Shown piece by piece: positions 1-8,083 of a DNA stretch of 64,000 nucleotides. The stretch covers positions 1 through 64,000 of IMG/VR virus record IMGVR_UViG_3300032237_000809, one strand, 5' to 3'. A model generated the notes under the pieces. That model worked only from the letters and a program-made list of their open reading frames with translations. It did not search any database and had not been told where the DNA came from. Position numbers and translations under genes: made by a program. Position 1 is the first letter of the stretch; every line of letters begins with the position of its first letter. Source of the stretch: a virus (Duplodnaviria > Caudoviricetes).

Positions 1-124
1 ACCCTTTGTCAATCCCTGGACCCATAAGCATCCCTGATCGGTTAATCCAGATTCTCTTAAGGTTTCACCCGCTTGGACCGGTTCCCGATGGTGTAGGATT
101 AGCAAGCAATCAACCACACCACCA

Positions 125-283
125 ATGGCAAGTTTCAACGTCGCATCCGATCTTCAGACTCAACAACTGGTCTGGATTGCAAAGAATAGCAAAGACAAAC
201 AGATCGTGATTGCAGGTGAGATTCTCACTTCTACGTCAGCAAACATTTCCCGCGTGTATGCTGATCGGTTCAAAAACAACTGA
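125..283 (+). CDS. small hypothetical early protein (52 aa, MASFNVASDLQ...)
   Basis: Manual translation ATG125-TGA283; AC-rich leader (aaccacaccacca) and upstream TG-TAGGAT -10-like box; below ORF-track cutoff. Confidence 0.6.
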   Translation: MASFNVASDLQTQQLVWIAKNSKDKQIVIAGEILTSTSANISRVYADRFKNN

Positions 284-329
284 TTAGTTACACTTTTTCC
301 TCACCATTCTTCATTCCCCAAAACACAAA

Positions 330-464
330 ATGATCACCATTCGTTACTTCGCACCTTATAAGCAACAATGGTACAATCAGTCTTTTAATACAATCGAAGA
401 GGCACAACGTATGATCAATTTTTATAAATCATGCGGATCTTCTGCTGAGTTTGTTAAATGGTAA
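330..464 (+). CDS. small hypothetical early protein (44 aa, MITIRYFAPYKQQW...)
   Basis: Manual translation ATG330-TAA464; resembles small cyanomyophage early ORFs (recalled, not searched). Confidence 0.65.
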   Translation: MITIRYFAPYKQQWYNQSFNTIEEAQRMINFYKSCGSSAEFVKW

Positions 465-546
465 TCTAGTCGAGAATAATCTAGTCGAGACGCACACATT
501 CACATCTCGACTAGATTCACACATCACATCTAGTCGAGACGCACAC
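464..546. repeat. ATCTAGTCGAGA 12-mer cluster (3 direct + 1 inverted copy)
   Basis: Direct copies 464-475, 479-490, 528-539; inverted copy 505-516. Confidence 0.95.
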
Positions 547-564
547 AACAATCACACAAACGTC

Positions 565-723
565 ATGAATCTTCACACATTCACATCATCAGAACTCGAT
601 CTAATCTATGATGTCATCTTTGAGCGCCTGGGATGCACAGATGATGATAAAGATGTGCGCGATTGTAATAGTATCATTGATAAGATGCATGTGCATTGTG
701 TAATGTATAGTGATGCAGTATGA
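565..723 (+). CDS. small hypothetical protein (52 aa, MNLHTFTSSELDL...)
   Basis: ATG565 within the 451..723 ORF, after the repeat cluster and an AC-rich leader. Confidence 0.55.
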   Translation: MNLHTFTSSELDLIYDVIFERLGCTDDDKDVRDCNSIIDKMHVHCVMYSDAV

Positions 724-810
724 ATAGAAAAAGAATAAGAATAGAAAAAGAATAAGAATAGAAAAAGAATAAGAATAGAAAAAGAATAAGAATAGAAAAA
801 GAATAAGAAT
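722..810 (+). repeat. 17-bp tandem repeat GAATAGAAAAAGAATAA, about 5.2 copies
   Basis: Perfect units at 722, 739, 756, 773, 790 plus a partial unit. Confidence 0.95.
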
Positions 811-855
811 CAAAACCAAATTTATCTTGATTCTTATTCTTTATACTTTCTTTTC

Positions 856-915
856 AGGATTGCATTGTGATTCTTTATGGTCGTGGTGTGGTTATTTGAA
901 TCACAATGCAATCCT
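856..915. repeat. perfect 18-bp inverted repeat (hairpin/cruciform)
   Basis: AGGATTGCATTGTGATTC 856-873 / GAATCACAATGCAATCCT 898-915, 24-nt loop. Confidence 0.9.
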
Positions 916-1122
916 CAAAGGGCAGTTATTTCTTATAGTTTGCAATCGCAATCCATTTGGTATTTGATACTCTAACCAATCGGGATTGATTCTCTATTCT
1001 GTACTCTAACCTGCAACGTTCGGGCAGGTAGCACGGCATCGGGCGATCCGTCAAGCATTGAACGATCAGCGGTGCTAATGAGTCGGGTTTGGTGTTTGGT
1101 ATCCGTTGCTACCGTTTAGGGG

Positions 1123-1172
1123 TTGCGGGATCGGATGCGATCGGTTATTGTAAGCGAAGCGAACCTTGAAAA
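1123..1172 (+). promoter_or_regulatory. sigma70-type promoter followed by a boxA-like antitermination motif
   Basis: TTGCGG-N17-TATTGT (1123-1151); GAACCTTGAAAA at 1161-1172 matches the cyanobacterial rRNA-operon boxA consensus. Confidence 0.5.
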
Positions 1173-1339
1173 GTAAATAGCAGGATCGGGCGGTGCCGGA
1201 GGCATCGCGGGCGACGTGTCGGGCGGGATCCCATGCGCACCGGTTTGGTTATTTTATAAAGTTTCAAGTTTCGTTATAGGCGGATTCTGCCTATTTTCAG
1301 GTTAAAGTTTAAGTAAACCCTTTGAGAGTTCTTTACACA

Positions 1340-1630
1340 ATGGACATGCAATCCAACGCATCCAAAGCAGTCGAACTTGATGCCAAGATTAAGAAACTTT
1401 CTGAGCAGTTCGCTGCTCTTAAAGTAGAGTTACTGCAACAGATGATCGCTGACAATGTTAGTGAGATTGTGATCAAGCGGAAGAAAGTTGTACTCTGCCA
1501 CCGCCAAAACAAAGACTTTGGCAGTGAGATTAACCGCCAAGAGTTAGAACTTAAAGCGGAGAAGAAAAAGTTAGAAACTCTCGGAGAGTTTACCATCTCC
1601 AGTGTAACTGACTTCATTCAGGTTCGCTGA
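1340..1630 (+). CDS. hypothetical coiled-coil early protein
   Basis: ORF 1322..1630; ATG1340 preferred; followed by a GC hairpin. Confidence 0.75.
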   Translation: MDMQSNASKAVELDAKIKKLSEQFAALKVELLQQMIADNVSEIVIKRKKVVLCHRQNKDFGSEINRQELELKAEKKKLETLGEFTISSVTDFIQVR

Positions 1631-1635
1631 CAATC

Positions 1636-1660
1636 AGGGGAGGTTAATCTCCTCCCCTTT
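1636..1660 (+). terminator. GC hairpin plus pyrimidine tract
   Basis: AGGGGAGG-TTAAT-CTCTCCCCTTT after stop. Confidence 0.5.
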
Positions 1661-1690
1661 CGTTCACCCTTTCACCCCACACTTTCCGCC

Positions 1691-2089
1691 ATGACCGCTA
1701 CACTTTCCCGATACACTTTGAACTGGATCAATGGCACTCAATGGGAAAACTTCCCGGAGATAGGTTCAATCTACACCGATGAAGTTACCTTCTACACTGT
1801 AGACGGATACCGCTACAATGTCTCATTCTTTGTCAACGATGGCAGGCAACTAGGTCTGCTATTTGTAGACGTAGAGCAGAAAGATCCGCAGGGTTACAAT
1901 CAAACACTGCGCTATTGTCTGGGGCAGTTCTACAACAATCAAGGTGCAATCAAGTTCGCTTCGTTTGCACTTAGTCACTTTATTGAGACCGAAACGTGGA
2001 GCGTATGCCCAGGATTCCAGTACGTTGACATGATCGACGGCGAACCACATTCCCTCGCTGGTGATGAAATAGTCAGCGAGATTATCTGA
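1691..2089 (+). CDS. hypothetical early protein (132 aa)
   Basis: ORF track; C-rich SD-less leader like its neighbours. Confidence 0.75.
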   Translation: MTATLSRYTLNWINGTQWENFPEIGSIYTDEVTFYTVDGYRYNVSFFVNDGRQLGLLFVDVEQKDPQGYNQTLRYCLGQFYNNQGAIKFASFALSHFIETETWSVCPGFQYVDMIDGEPHSLAGDEIVSEII

Positions 2090-2102
2090 GTTCGTTACAA
2101 TC

Positions 2103-2130
2103 AGGGGCGGCAAGTTTCGCCCCTTTCTTT
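2103..2130 (+). terminator. intrinsic terminator-like hairpin
   Basis: AGGGGCGG-CAAGT-TTCGCCCCT-TTCTTT. Confidence 0.55.
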
Positions 2131-2156
2131 CAATCAACCCATTGCAATCATCGGTC

Positions 2157-2435
2157 ATGCTTTCTACTTTCGACGCCAACTTTCAGCGGATTCGTGATGT
2201 TGAGCAGTTCGCCATTGATTCTATCAATCGCGGCGGATTGCACGGCGATGGTATGATTGGGGAGGCAGAGTATCACTGCCAGGGTTATGCTGGAGAGGGC
2301 AATCCTCCGCATGATGTTATCATTGCGTGTCGCATTAAAAACGTAAACGGCAATCGCCGGTTCACGTTTACACTTAACGGCAAGCGAATCGCCTGCCATA
2401 AGATAGCACTCCGACTCGGAGAGTTGGGCGTCTAA
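2157..2435 (+). CDS. hypothetical early protein (92 aa)
   Basis: ATG2157 in ORF 2142..2435; followed by hairpin GGGCGGCAG..CTGCCGCCC. Confidence 0.7.
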   Translation: MLSTFDANFQRIRDVEQFAIDSINRGGLHGDGMIGEAEYHCQGYAGEGNPPHDVIIACRIKNVNGNRRFTFTLNGKRIACHKIALRLGELGV

Positions 2436-2663
2436 GTGTAATCATTCGTGGGCGGCAGTAAGGTATACGCTGCCGCCCTAATCGTTCGTTTATTGTTTCA
2501 TTCGTGCGTTCGTGATTTGCAGGGTATTTGGTATATTTTGGCGGCGCCCTTTAAGCCCATGGGTCCTATGGAGTCTACAAATACTTGCTTTCGGCATATA
2601 TATATCATGCTATAATCAACTTATAAAACCCATCAAAATTAAAATTTTTCCCGCCAAAAAATT

Positions 2664-3266
2664 ATGCCCCAAAAGATCTCAGAAGAAAAAATAAAATGGA
2701 TAAAGGAACTCCGAGAATCTGGAAATACATATGATAGTATTCGTAAAATTACAAAATCCTCAAAGAGGACTGTAAAAAAAATATGTGATTCATGCGTAAA
2801 AAATACATATCCGTCCGTAAAAATACCAGAAGGAATGAAAGAAACTGAATATCTGGGATATTATATTACTGAGGATGGAAGAGTATATCGAAAACCTGGA
2901 AGATGTGATGTAACTGGAATATATGGCGAACCAGATGAGAATGGATTAATATACTTAAAACCGGGGTTAAGGGGTAACCCAAAATATCCACAACATCATT
3001 ATGAATGCGTAAATATCTCAATTTGGGACAATAATGGAAAATATTTAAAGCGAATAACAAAATCAATTCATCAATTAGTTGCAGAAGTATTTGTTCCAAA
3101 TCCAAATAATTATACTGAAATAGATCATATTGACAGAAATAAAAAAAATAATTCTAAAGATAATTTAAGATGGACGACAAGATTTGATAATATGAGTTCT
3201 TGGGAAAGAGATGATGAATATAGAAAAAAATTGTCAGAAAATAATAGATGGAAGAATAAAATCTAA
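2664..3266 (+). CDS. HNH homing endonuclease (N-terminal HTH, NUMOD4-like region)
   Basis: IHQLVAEVF..NP..Y.EIDHIDRNKKNN..DNLRW motif; upstream TG-C-TATAAT at 2608-2616. Confidence 0.9.
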   Translation: MPQKISEEKIKWIKELRESGNTYDSIRKITKSSKRTVKKICDSCVKNTYPSVKIPEGMKETEYLGYYITEDGRVYRKPGRCDVTGIYGEPDENGLIYLKPGLRGNPKYPQHHYECVNISIWDNNGKYLKRITKSIHQLVAEVFVPNPNNYTEIDHIDRNKKNNSKDNLRWTTRFDNMSSWERDDEYRKKLSENNRWKNKI

Positions 3267-3308
3267 AAATACTATATAAATTGAAATTGTAACTTCATAT
3301 ACAAAAAC

Positions 3309-3482
3309 ATGAAAAAAAATTCCGGGGAAATTTTTGAGTCCGTACAGGTCGATCCAATTAATGGCGAATATTATTTGGTTATTCCTGAGATCATTGCAAA
3401 TGAACTCTCATGGTACGAAGATACTGAGATTAGTTTTAATCTTGAAGGAAATGAGGTAGTTCTCACAGAAAGGAAGCATTGA
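3309..3482 (+). CDS. small AbrB/MazE-like DNA-binding protein (57 aa)
   Basis: Manual translation MKKNSGEIFESVQVDPINGEYYLVIPEIIANELSWYEDTEISFNLEGNEVVL; swapped-hairpin pattern IP..I...L.W..D..I.F. Confidence 0.65.
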   Translation: MKKNSGEIFESVQVDPINGEYYLVIPEIIANELSWYEDTEISFNLEGNEVVLTERKH

Positions 3483-3507
3483 CAAACGATATATAATACG
3501 TTATGAT
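3479..3507 (+). promoter_or_regulatory. sigma70 promoter
   Basis: TTGACA-N17-TATGAT. Confidence 0.75.
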
Positions 3508-3531
3508 ACTGAAGTAACCGATTGAAATTCA

Positions 3532-3654
3532 ATGGAGTTGATTGATCGAATTAATAAAAATCTTCCAAATATTCTCAACAAAAATCACTTTCACAGATCA
3601 ACAATTTCTCACATTGTAAATAACAAAACTTATACACATTTATTAGAAAATTAA
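3532..3654 (+). pseudogene. probable homing-endonuclease C-terminal HTH remnant (40 aa)
   Basis: RSTISHIVNNKTYTHL resembles terminal HTHs of phage homing endonucleases; no catalytic domain. Confidence 0.4.
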
Positions 3655-3659
3655 TTAAA

Positions 3660-4415
3660 ATGGCAAAGGGATTCACGATTAAAGCAAAAGCCCCAACGGC
3701 TAACCCAGAACAAGAATGGGATTATGAAAAAGCAAAAGAATTAGTACGCGGAAAATCCGTAGTCTTTTGTCTTCCTGGAAGAGGAGTTTCATACCAATAT
3801 TTGAAGAGTTTCGTACAACTTTGCTTTGATTTGGTACAGAACGGAGCAAGTATTCAAATCTCGCAAGACTATTCATCCATGGTAAACTTTGCAAGATGCA
3901 AATGTTTAGGTGCAAATGTACTGCGTGGACCTGATCAGATTCCTTGGGATGGCAAACTCAATTACGATTGGCAACTTTGGATTGACTCGGATATCGTTTT
4001 CAATACAGAAAAGTTTTATCAATTAGTTTTAATGGAGAAAGATATTGCAGCGGGTTGGTACTGTACAGAAGATGGAGTGACAACTTCTGTGGCACACTGG
4101 TTAGAAGAAGATGATTTCCGCAATAATGGTGGAGTCATGAATCATGAAACACTTGAAAGCATCTCAAAGCGTCGGAAACCATTTACAGTAGACTATACTG
4201 GATTCGGATGGATTCTGATTAAGAATGGAGTCTTTGAACACGCAGAAATGAAGTATCCATGGTTTGCACCTAAAATGCAAGTCTTTGATTCTGGAGACGT
4301 TCAAGATATGTGTGGAGAAGATGTAAGCTTCTGTCTGGATGCAAAAGAAGCAGGATTTGAAATCTGGTGCGATCCTCGTATCAGAGTCGGTCACGAAAAA
4401 ACAAGAATCATTTGA
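3660..4415 (+). CDS. glycosyltransferase (GT-A fold)-like protein, conserved in cyanomyophages
   Basis: WIDSDI DxD motif; TGFG, GED.SFC and RVGHEK motifs. Confidence 0.8.
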   Translation: MAKGFTIKAKAPTANPEQEWDYEKAKELVRGKSVVFCLPGRGVSYQYLKSFVQLCFDLVQNGASIQISQDYSSMVNFARCKCLGANVLRGPDQIPWDGKLNYDWQLWIDSDIVFNTEKFYQLVLMEKDIAAGWYCTEDGVTTSVAHWLEEDDFRNNGGVMNHETLESISKRRKPFTVDYTGFGWILIKNGVFEHAEMKYPWFAPKMQVFDSGDVQDMCGEDVSFCLDAKEAGFEIWCDPRIRVGHEKTRII

Positions 4416-4419
4416 TATC

Positions 4420-4590
4420 ATGACAGACAAGTACAACATTCTATGTAAGGGACGTAAAATTTATTCATCACTTTCAGAGGAAGAGTACTTCAATATAATG
4501 GAGGATCTGGCAGTTAGTTTCTATCAGACAGGTTCTCCAAATCCAGATGAAATTGAAACTGAAATTTTGACAACTACTGAGGAAAATTAA
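4420..4590 (+). CDS. hypothetical protein (56 aa)
   Basis: ATG4420 in ORF 4339..4590, directly after the upstream gene. Confidence 0.75.
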   Translation: MTDKYNILCKGRKIYSSLSEEEYFNIMEDLAVSFYQTGSPNPDEIETEILTTTEEN

Positions 4591-4591
4591 C

Positions 4592-4732
4592 ATGTCTAAG
4601 AGACCTTCACTGTCTGGTAACATTATTGAATCAAAACCCAAAAAAACTCGTCAAGGGGCTGGTGCTCATACGAAGTACGCAGCATCTTCTCGTAATGGGG
4701 CTCATAAGAAGTACAGGGGACAAGGAAAATGA
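4592..4732 (+). CDS. small basic protein ending KKYRGQGK (46 aa)
   Basis: Manual translation; C-terminal YRGQG motif typical of a T4-like phage small protein family; GAGG SD. Confidence 0.75.
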   Translation: MSKRPSLSGNIIESKPKKTRQGAGAHTKYAASSRNGAHKKYRGQGK

Positions 4733-4851
4733 TGGCAAATAAGAAACCAAAGAAAAATCCCACCTTTGGTAATGGTGACGGTCGAAAAGCGACTGGTCAA
4801 TGTAGATCTGACGCTCAAAAAAAATCGTCAAATACTAAGAAGAAAAAATGA
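4732..4851 (+). CDS. small basic hypothetical protein (39 aa)
   Basis: Manual translation MANKKPKKNPTFGNGDGRK...; start/stop overlaps on both sides. Confidence 0.55.
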   Translation: MANKKPKKNPTFGNGDGRKATGQCRSDAQKKSSNTKKKK

Positions 4852-5045
4852 TTCAACTTAATCCGCTAATCCCATTAATTACTTCAAAAGGTAAGGGATG
4901 GGCATTTTTTTTAATTGATCGATCTCAAGAACATGACTTGGAATGGGTGGTTTTTCTTGATGATACCGGGGAATGCTGGACCTTTAAGAACAGTGATATT
5001 AGAATTCAAGAGAATTATACATTACATCGAAAATTAAACAAATAA
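4848..5045 (+). CDS. hypothetical protein (65 aa)
   Basis: ORF track; ATGA coupling. Confidence 0.75.
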   Translation: MIQLNPLIPLITSKGKGWAFFLIDRSQEHDLEWVVFLDDTGECWTFKNSDIRIQENYTLHRKLNK

Positions 5046-5071
5046 ATAACTTTTTAGTGTGATTTTATGCC

Positions 5072-5413
5072 TTGGAAAGATTCTCAATGGGTAAGCACCT
5101 CTTGTTAGAGGTTTATGATGTCAAATATAAACTTTTGAATGATGGTATTGCCATTCAGGAAGTCATGAAGCGTGGTATTAAACGTGCTAATATGACAATT
5201 CTGAACATTTATCAACATTGTTTTTATCCTCAGGGAATTACGATTGTCATTGCACTTTCAGAAAGTCATGTCTCGTGTCATACATGGCCTGAAGAAGGTG
5301 CCATTGCAATTGATGTCTATACATGTGGTGAAGGGAATCCTAAATTAATTGCTCTGGAACTTTTAAAATACTTGAATTCAAATAATTTTAGACTCAAAGA
5401 GATAGATCGTTAA
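5072..5413 (+). CDS. speD: S-adenosylmethionine decarboxylase proenzyme (AMG)
   Basis: GKHL..E, F.PQG.T, LSESH (autocleavage/pyruvoyl site), HTWPE and DVYTCG motifs. Confidence 0.95.
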   Translation: MERFSMGKHLLLEVYDVKYKLLNDGIAIQEVMKRGIKRANMTILNIYQHCFYPQGITIVIALSESHVSCHTWPEEGAIAIDVYTCGEGNPKLIALELLKYLNSNNFRLKEIDR

Positions 5414-5481
5414 ATATAAGAAGGGGAGATAGCAACCTCCTTCAAAAAAAAGTTCTGTTTTTAAACAAAACAGGAGCTAAA

Positions 5482-5727
5482 ATGTCAAATTTACCAGTTG
5501 ATAGAGACATAAATTACATGAGAGCAATGTGGGGAACCACAAAATTGGTTACTGATTATGAAAAACCAAGAACAATTCAGGAAATCATGCATGATGATAT
5601 TCCTCTGAGAAAGCATCATTTGAAAGAACAAACCGAACTTCATCAAAAAATTCGTAATGATGCAGATTATGATGATTGGGAATATGGAACAGAACCAAAT
5701 TATGGTTCTTCATGGAAATCGACATAA
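5482..5727 (+). CDS. hypothetical protein upstream of gp25
   Basis: ORF track; AGGAG SD inside a hairpin. Confidence 0.8.
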   Translation: MSNLPVDRDINYMRAMWGTTKLVTDYEKPRTIQEIMHDDIPLRKHHLKEQTELHQKIRNDADYDDWEYGTEPNYGSSWKST

Positions 5728-5753
5728 ATAAAATATAGGAATTTTATTCAAAT

Positions 5754-6155
5754 ATGGCAATACAAAGGATATCTAGATCATTTAAAGATATTAGTTTATC
5801 CTTTGTTCCACATCCTGTGACAAAGGATCTACCAATACTTAAAAATGAACGTGCAATCACAAGATCTATTCGTAATTTAGTAGAAACTATTCCAACAGAA
5901 AGATTCTTCAATTCTTTGATTGGATCTAATGTTCGATCAAGTTTATTTGAATTTGTAGACTATGGTACTGCATCAATTGTAGAAAATCAAATTAAAACTA
6001 CTATTAGTAATTTTGAACCAAGAGTCAATAACGTAAAAGTAGAAGTAAATCCTCAACCTGATGATAATTCATTTGATGTTACAGTTATTTTTGACATCAT
6101 TGGACAAGAATTTCCCACACAACAATTCACATTTCTGCTAGAGGCAACAAGATAA
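5754..6155 (+). CDS. gp25: baseplate wedge subunit gp25
   Basis: FKDISLSF..HP.T.D, SI.NL..T...ERFF, FEPRV; synteny with gp6. Confidence 0.95.
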   Translation: MAIQRISRSFKDISLSFVPHPVTKDLPILKNERAITRSIRNLVETIPTERFFNSLIGSNVRSSLFEFVDYGTASIVENQIKTTISNFEPRVNNVKVEVNPQPDDNSFDVTVIFDIIGQEFPTQQFTFLLEATR

Positions 6156-6156
6156 A

Positions 6157-8079
6157 ATGCCTTTTACCAAATTTACAAATCTAGATTTTGATCAAATAAA
6201 GACTTCTATCAAGGATTATCTCCGTGCTAACTCCACATTCACGGACTTTGACTTTGAAGGATCAAATTTTTCTGTCTTAATTGACACCCTTGCATATAAT
6301 ACCTATATTACAGCATTTAACTCAAATATGATTGTGAACGAATCCTTTTTGGATTCTGCTACACTCAGAGAAAATGTTGTTTCTTTGGCAAGAAATATTG
6401 GTTACGTACCACGCTCCAGAACCTGCTCTAAGGCACAAGTAACCATTAGTGGCACCACCACATCAACAGAAGATACTGCGACCATTCCAGCAGGTTTGAT
6501 ATGTGTAGGAACTGCTAATGATACATCATACACTTTTTCAGTTCCAGAGAATATTACGACAAAAATAGTAGATGGATCAATTACATTCAATAAAGTTGAT
6601 TCGCTTGGGAATGTTTCCGGAATTGATATCTATCAAGGAACATTTTTAACAAAAACTTTTATAGTAGATGGATCTCTTGATCAGAGATTTATTTTAGATA
6701 ATTCTAATATTGATACATCTACAATTACCGTGTATGTAAAAGGAATTCATGATAGCGGTCTTGGTGTAAAATATTCTTTAGTTGAAAATATATTAAATAT
6801 TGCTTCTACTTCGGAAATTTATTTAATTCAAGAGATTCAAGATGAAAAATATGAACTTTACTTTGGTGATGGAATATTCGGTAAAAAATTAGAAAATAAC
6901 GCTGTTATTACAATCAATTATATCACGACAGATGGATCTGATGGAAATGGATGCTCTCAATTTTCTTTACAAACAACTTTAAAATCATCTTCAGGAAATC
7001 CGATTTCATTTGGCCAAGTAACTGTTACTACAAATCAATCTTCAATCAATGGTGGAGAAATAGAACCAATTGATTCAATTAAGTATTTTGCTCCAAGAAT
7101 ATACTCTTCTCAATATAGGGCAGTTACTGCTCGTGACTATGAGGCAATTATTAAAAAGATTTATCCAGATACAGAATCTGTTGCGATTGTTGGTGGAGAA
7201 GAATTGGATCCCCCAGAATATGGAACTGTTAATATAAGTATCAAACCAAAGAATGGTACATTTGTATCACAATTTAATAAACAACAAATTAAAAATAAAT
7301 TAAAACAATATAGTGTTTCTGGAATTAATCAAAAGATAATTGACCTTAAAATACTATATGTTGAAATTGATTCATCAATTTATTACAATTCTTCTCAAGT
7401 ATCTGCCGTAGAGTCTTTAAAATCAAAAGTAATCAAATCTTTGACTGATTACTCAAACTCAATTGATCTCAATAGATTTGGAGGAAGATTCAAATATAGT
7501 AAAGTTTTACAGATCATCGACAATACTGATATTGCTATAACTTCTAATATCACCAAAGTCATTATCAGAAGAGATATTAAAGCATTAAAAAATCAGTTTG
7601 CTCAATATGAATTATGTTTTGGGAATAAATTTCATGTAAATTTAAATGGATACAATATAAAATCTACTGGATTTAAAATTGCCAATGAAACTGACACTTT
7701 ATACTTTACGGATACTCCAAATTCTGATGGATTGACTGGGGTAATATCAATTGTAAAAGGAATTCCAAATCAAGAAGGAAAAATTCAAATAATTGTAAAA
7801 TCTGCAGGAACAATTGATTATCAGAAGGGTGAAATTAAATTAGGTACTATTAATATAATTTCAACAGAAAAAGAGAATGATATTATTGAAATACAGGCAT
7901 ATCCAGAATCAAATGATGTTTTAGGATTGAATGACTTATATTTGAATTTTAATATCTCAAAAAGTATAATAAATATGGTCAGAGATGTGATAGCATCTGG
8001 AGATGAAATATCTGGAACAGTATTCTCTAGAGATTTTTATACTTCAAGTTATTCAAACGGAAACCTAATAAGAAAGTAA
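6157..8079 (+). CDS. gp6: baseplate wedge subunit gp6
   Basis: LDFDQIK..DFDFEGS..LAYNT..ESFLDSA..RENVVS.A..IGY.PRS; Q.RAVT..DY. Confidence 0.95.
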   Translation: MPFTKFTNLDFDQIKTSIKDYLRANSTFTDFDFEGSNFSVLIDTLAYNTYITAFNSNMIVNESFLDSATLRENVVSLARNIGYVPRSRTCSKAQVTISGTTTSTEDTATIPAGLICVGTANDTSYTFSVPENITTKIVDGSITFNKVDSLGNVSGIDIYQGTFLTKTFIVDGSLDQRFILDNSNIDTSTITVYVKGIHDSGLGVKYSLVENILNIASTSEIYLIQEIQDEKYELYFGDGIFGKKLENNAVITINYITTDGSDGNGCSQFSLQTTLKSSSGNPISFGQVTVTTNQSSINGGEIEPIDSIKYFAPRIYSSQYRAVTARDYEAIIKKIYPDTESVAIVGGEELDPPEYGTVNISIKPKNGTFVSQFNKQQIKNKLKQYSVSGINQKIIDLKILYVEIDSSIYYNSSQVSAVESLKSKVIKSLTDYSNSIDLNRFGGRFKYSKVLQIIDNTDIAITSNITKVIIRRDIKALKNQFAQYELCFGNKFHVNLNGYNIKSTGFKIANETDTLYFTDTPNSDGLTGVISIVKGIPNQEGKIQIIVKSAGTIDYQKGEIKLGTINIISTEKENDIIEIQAYPESNDVLGLNDLYLNFNISKSIINMVRDVIASGDEISGTVFSRDFYTSSYSNGNLIRK

Positions 8080-8083
8080 AATA

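Noticed and set aside
464-810. Possible CRISPR array
   Set aside because: Repeats are 12 and 17 bp, tandem or irregularly spaced, with no unique spacers and no cas genes
601-819. Minus-strand 72-aa hydrophobic ORF
   Set aside because: Translation of the 17-bp tandem repeat; antisense to a plausible gene
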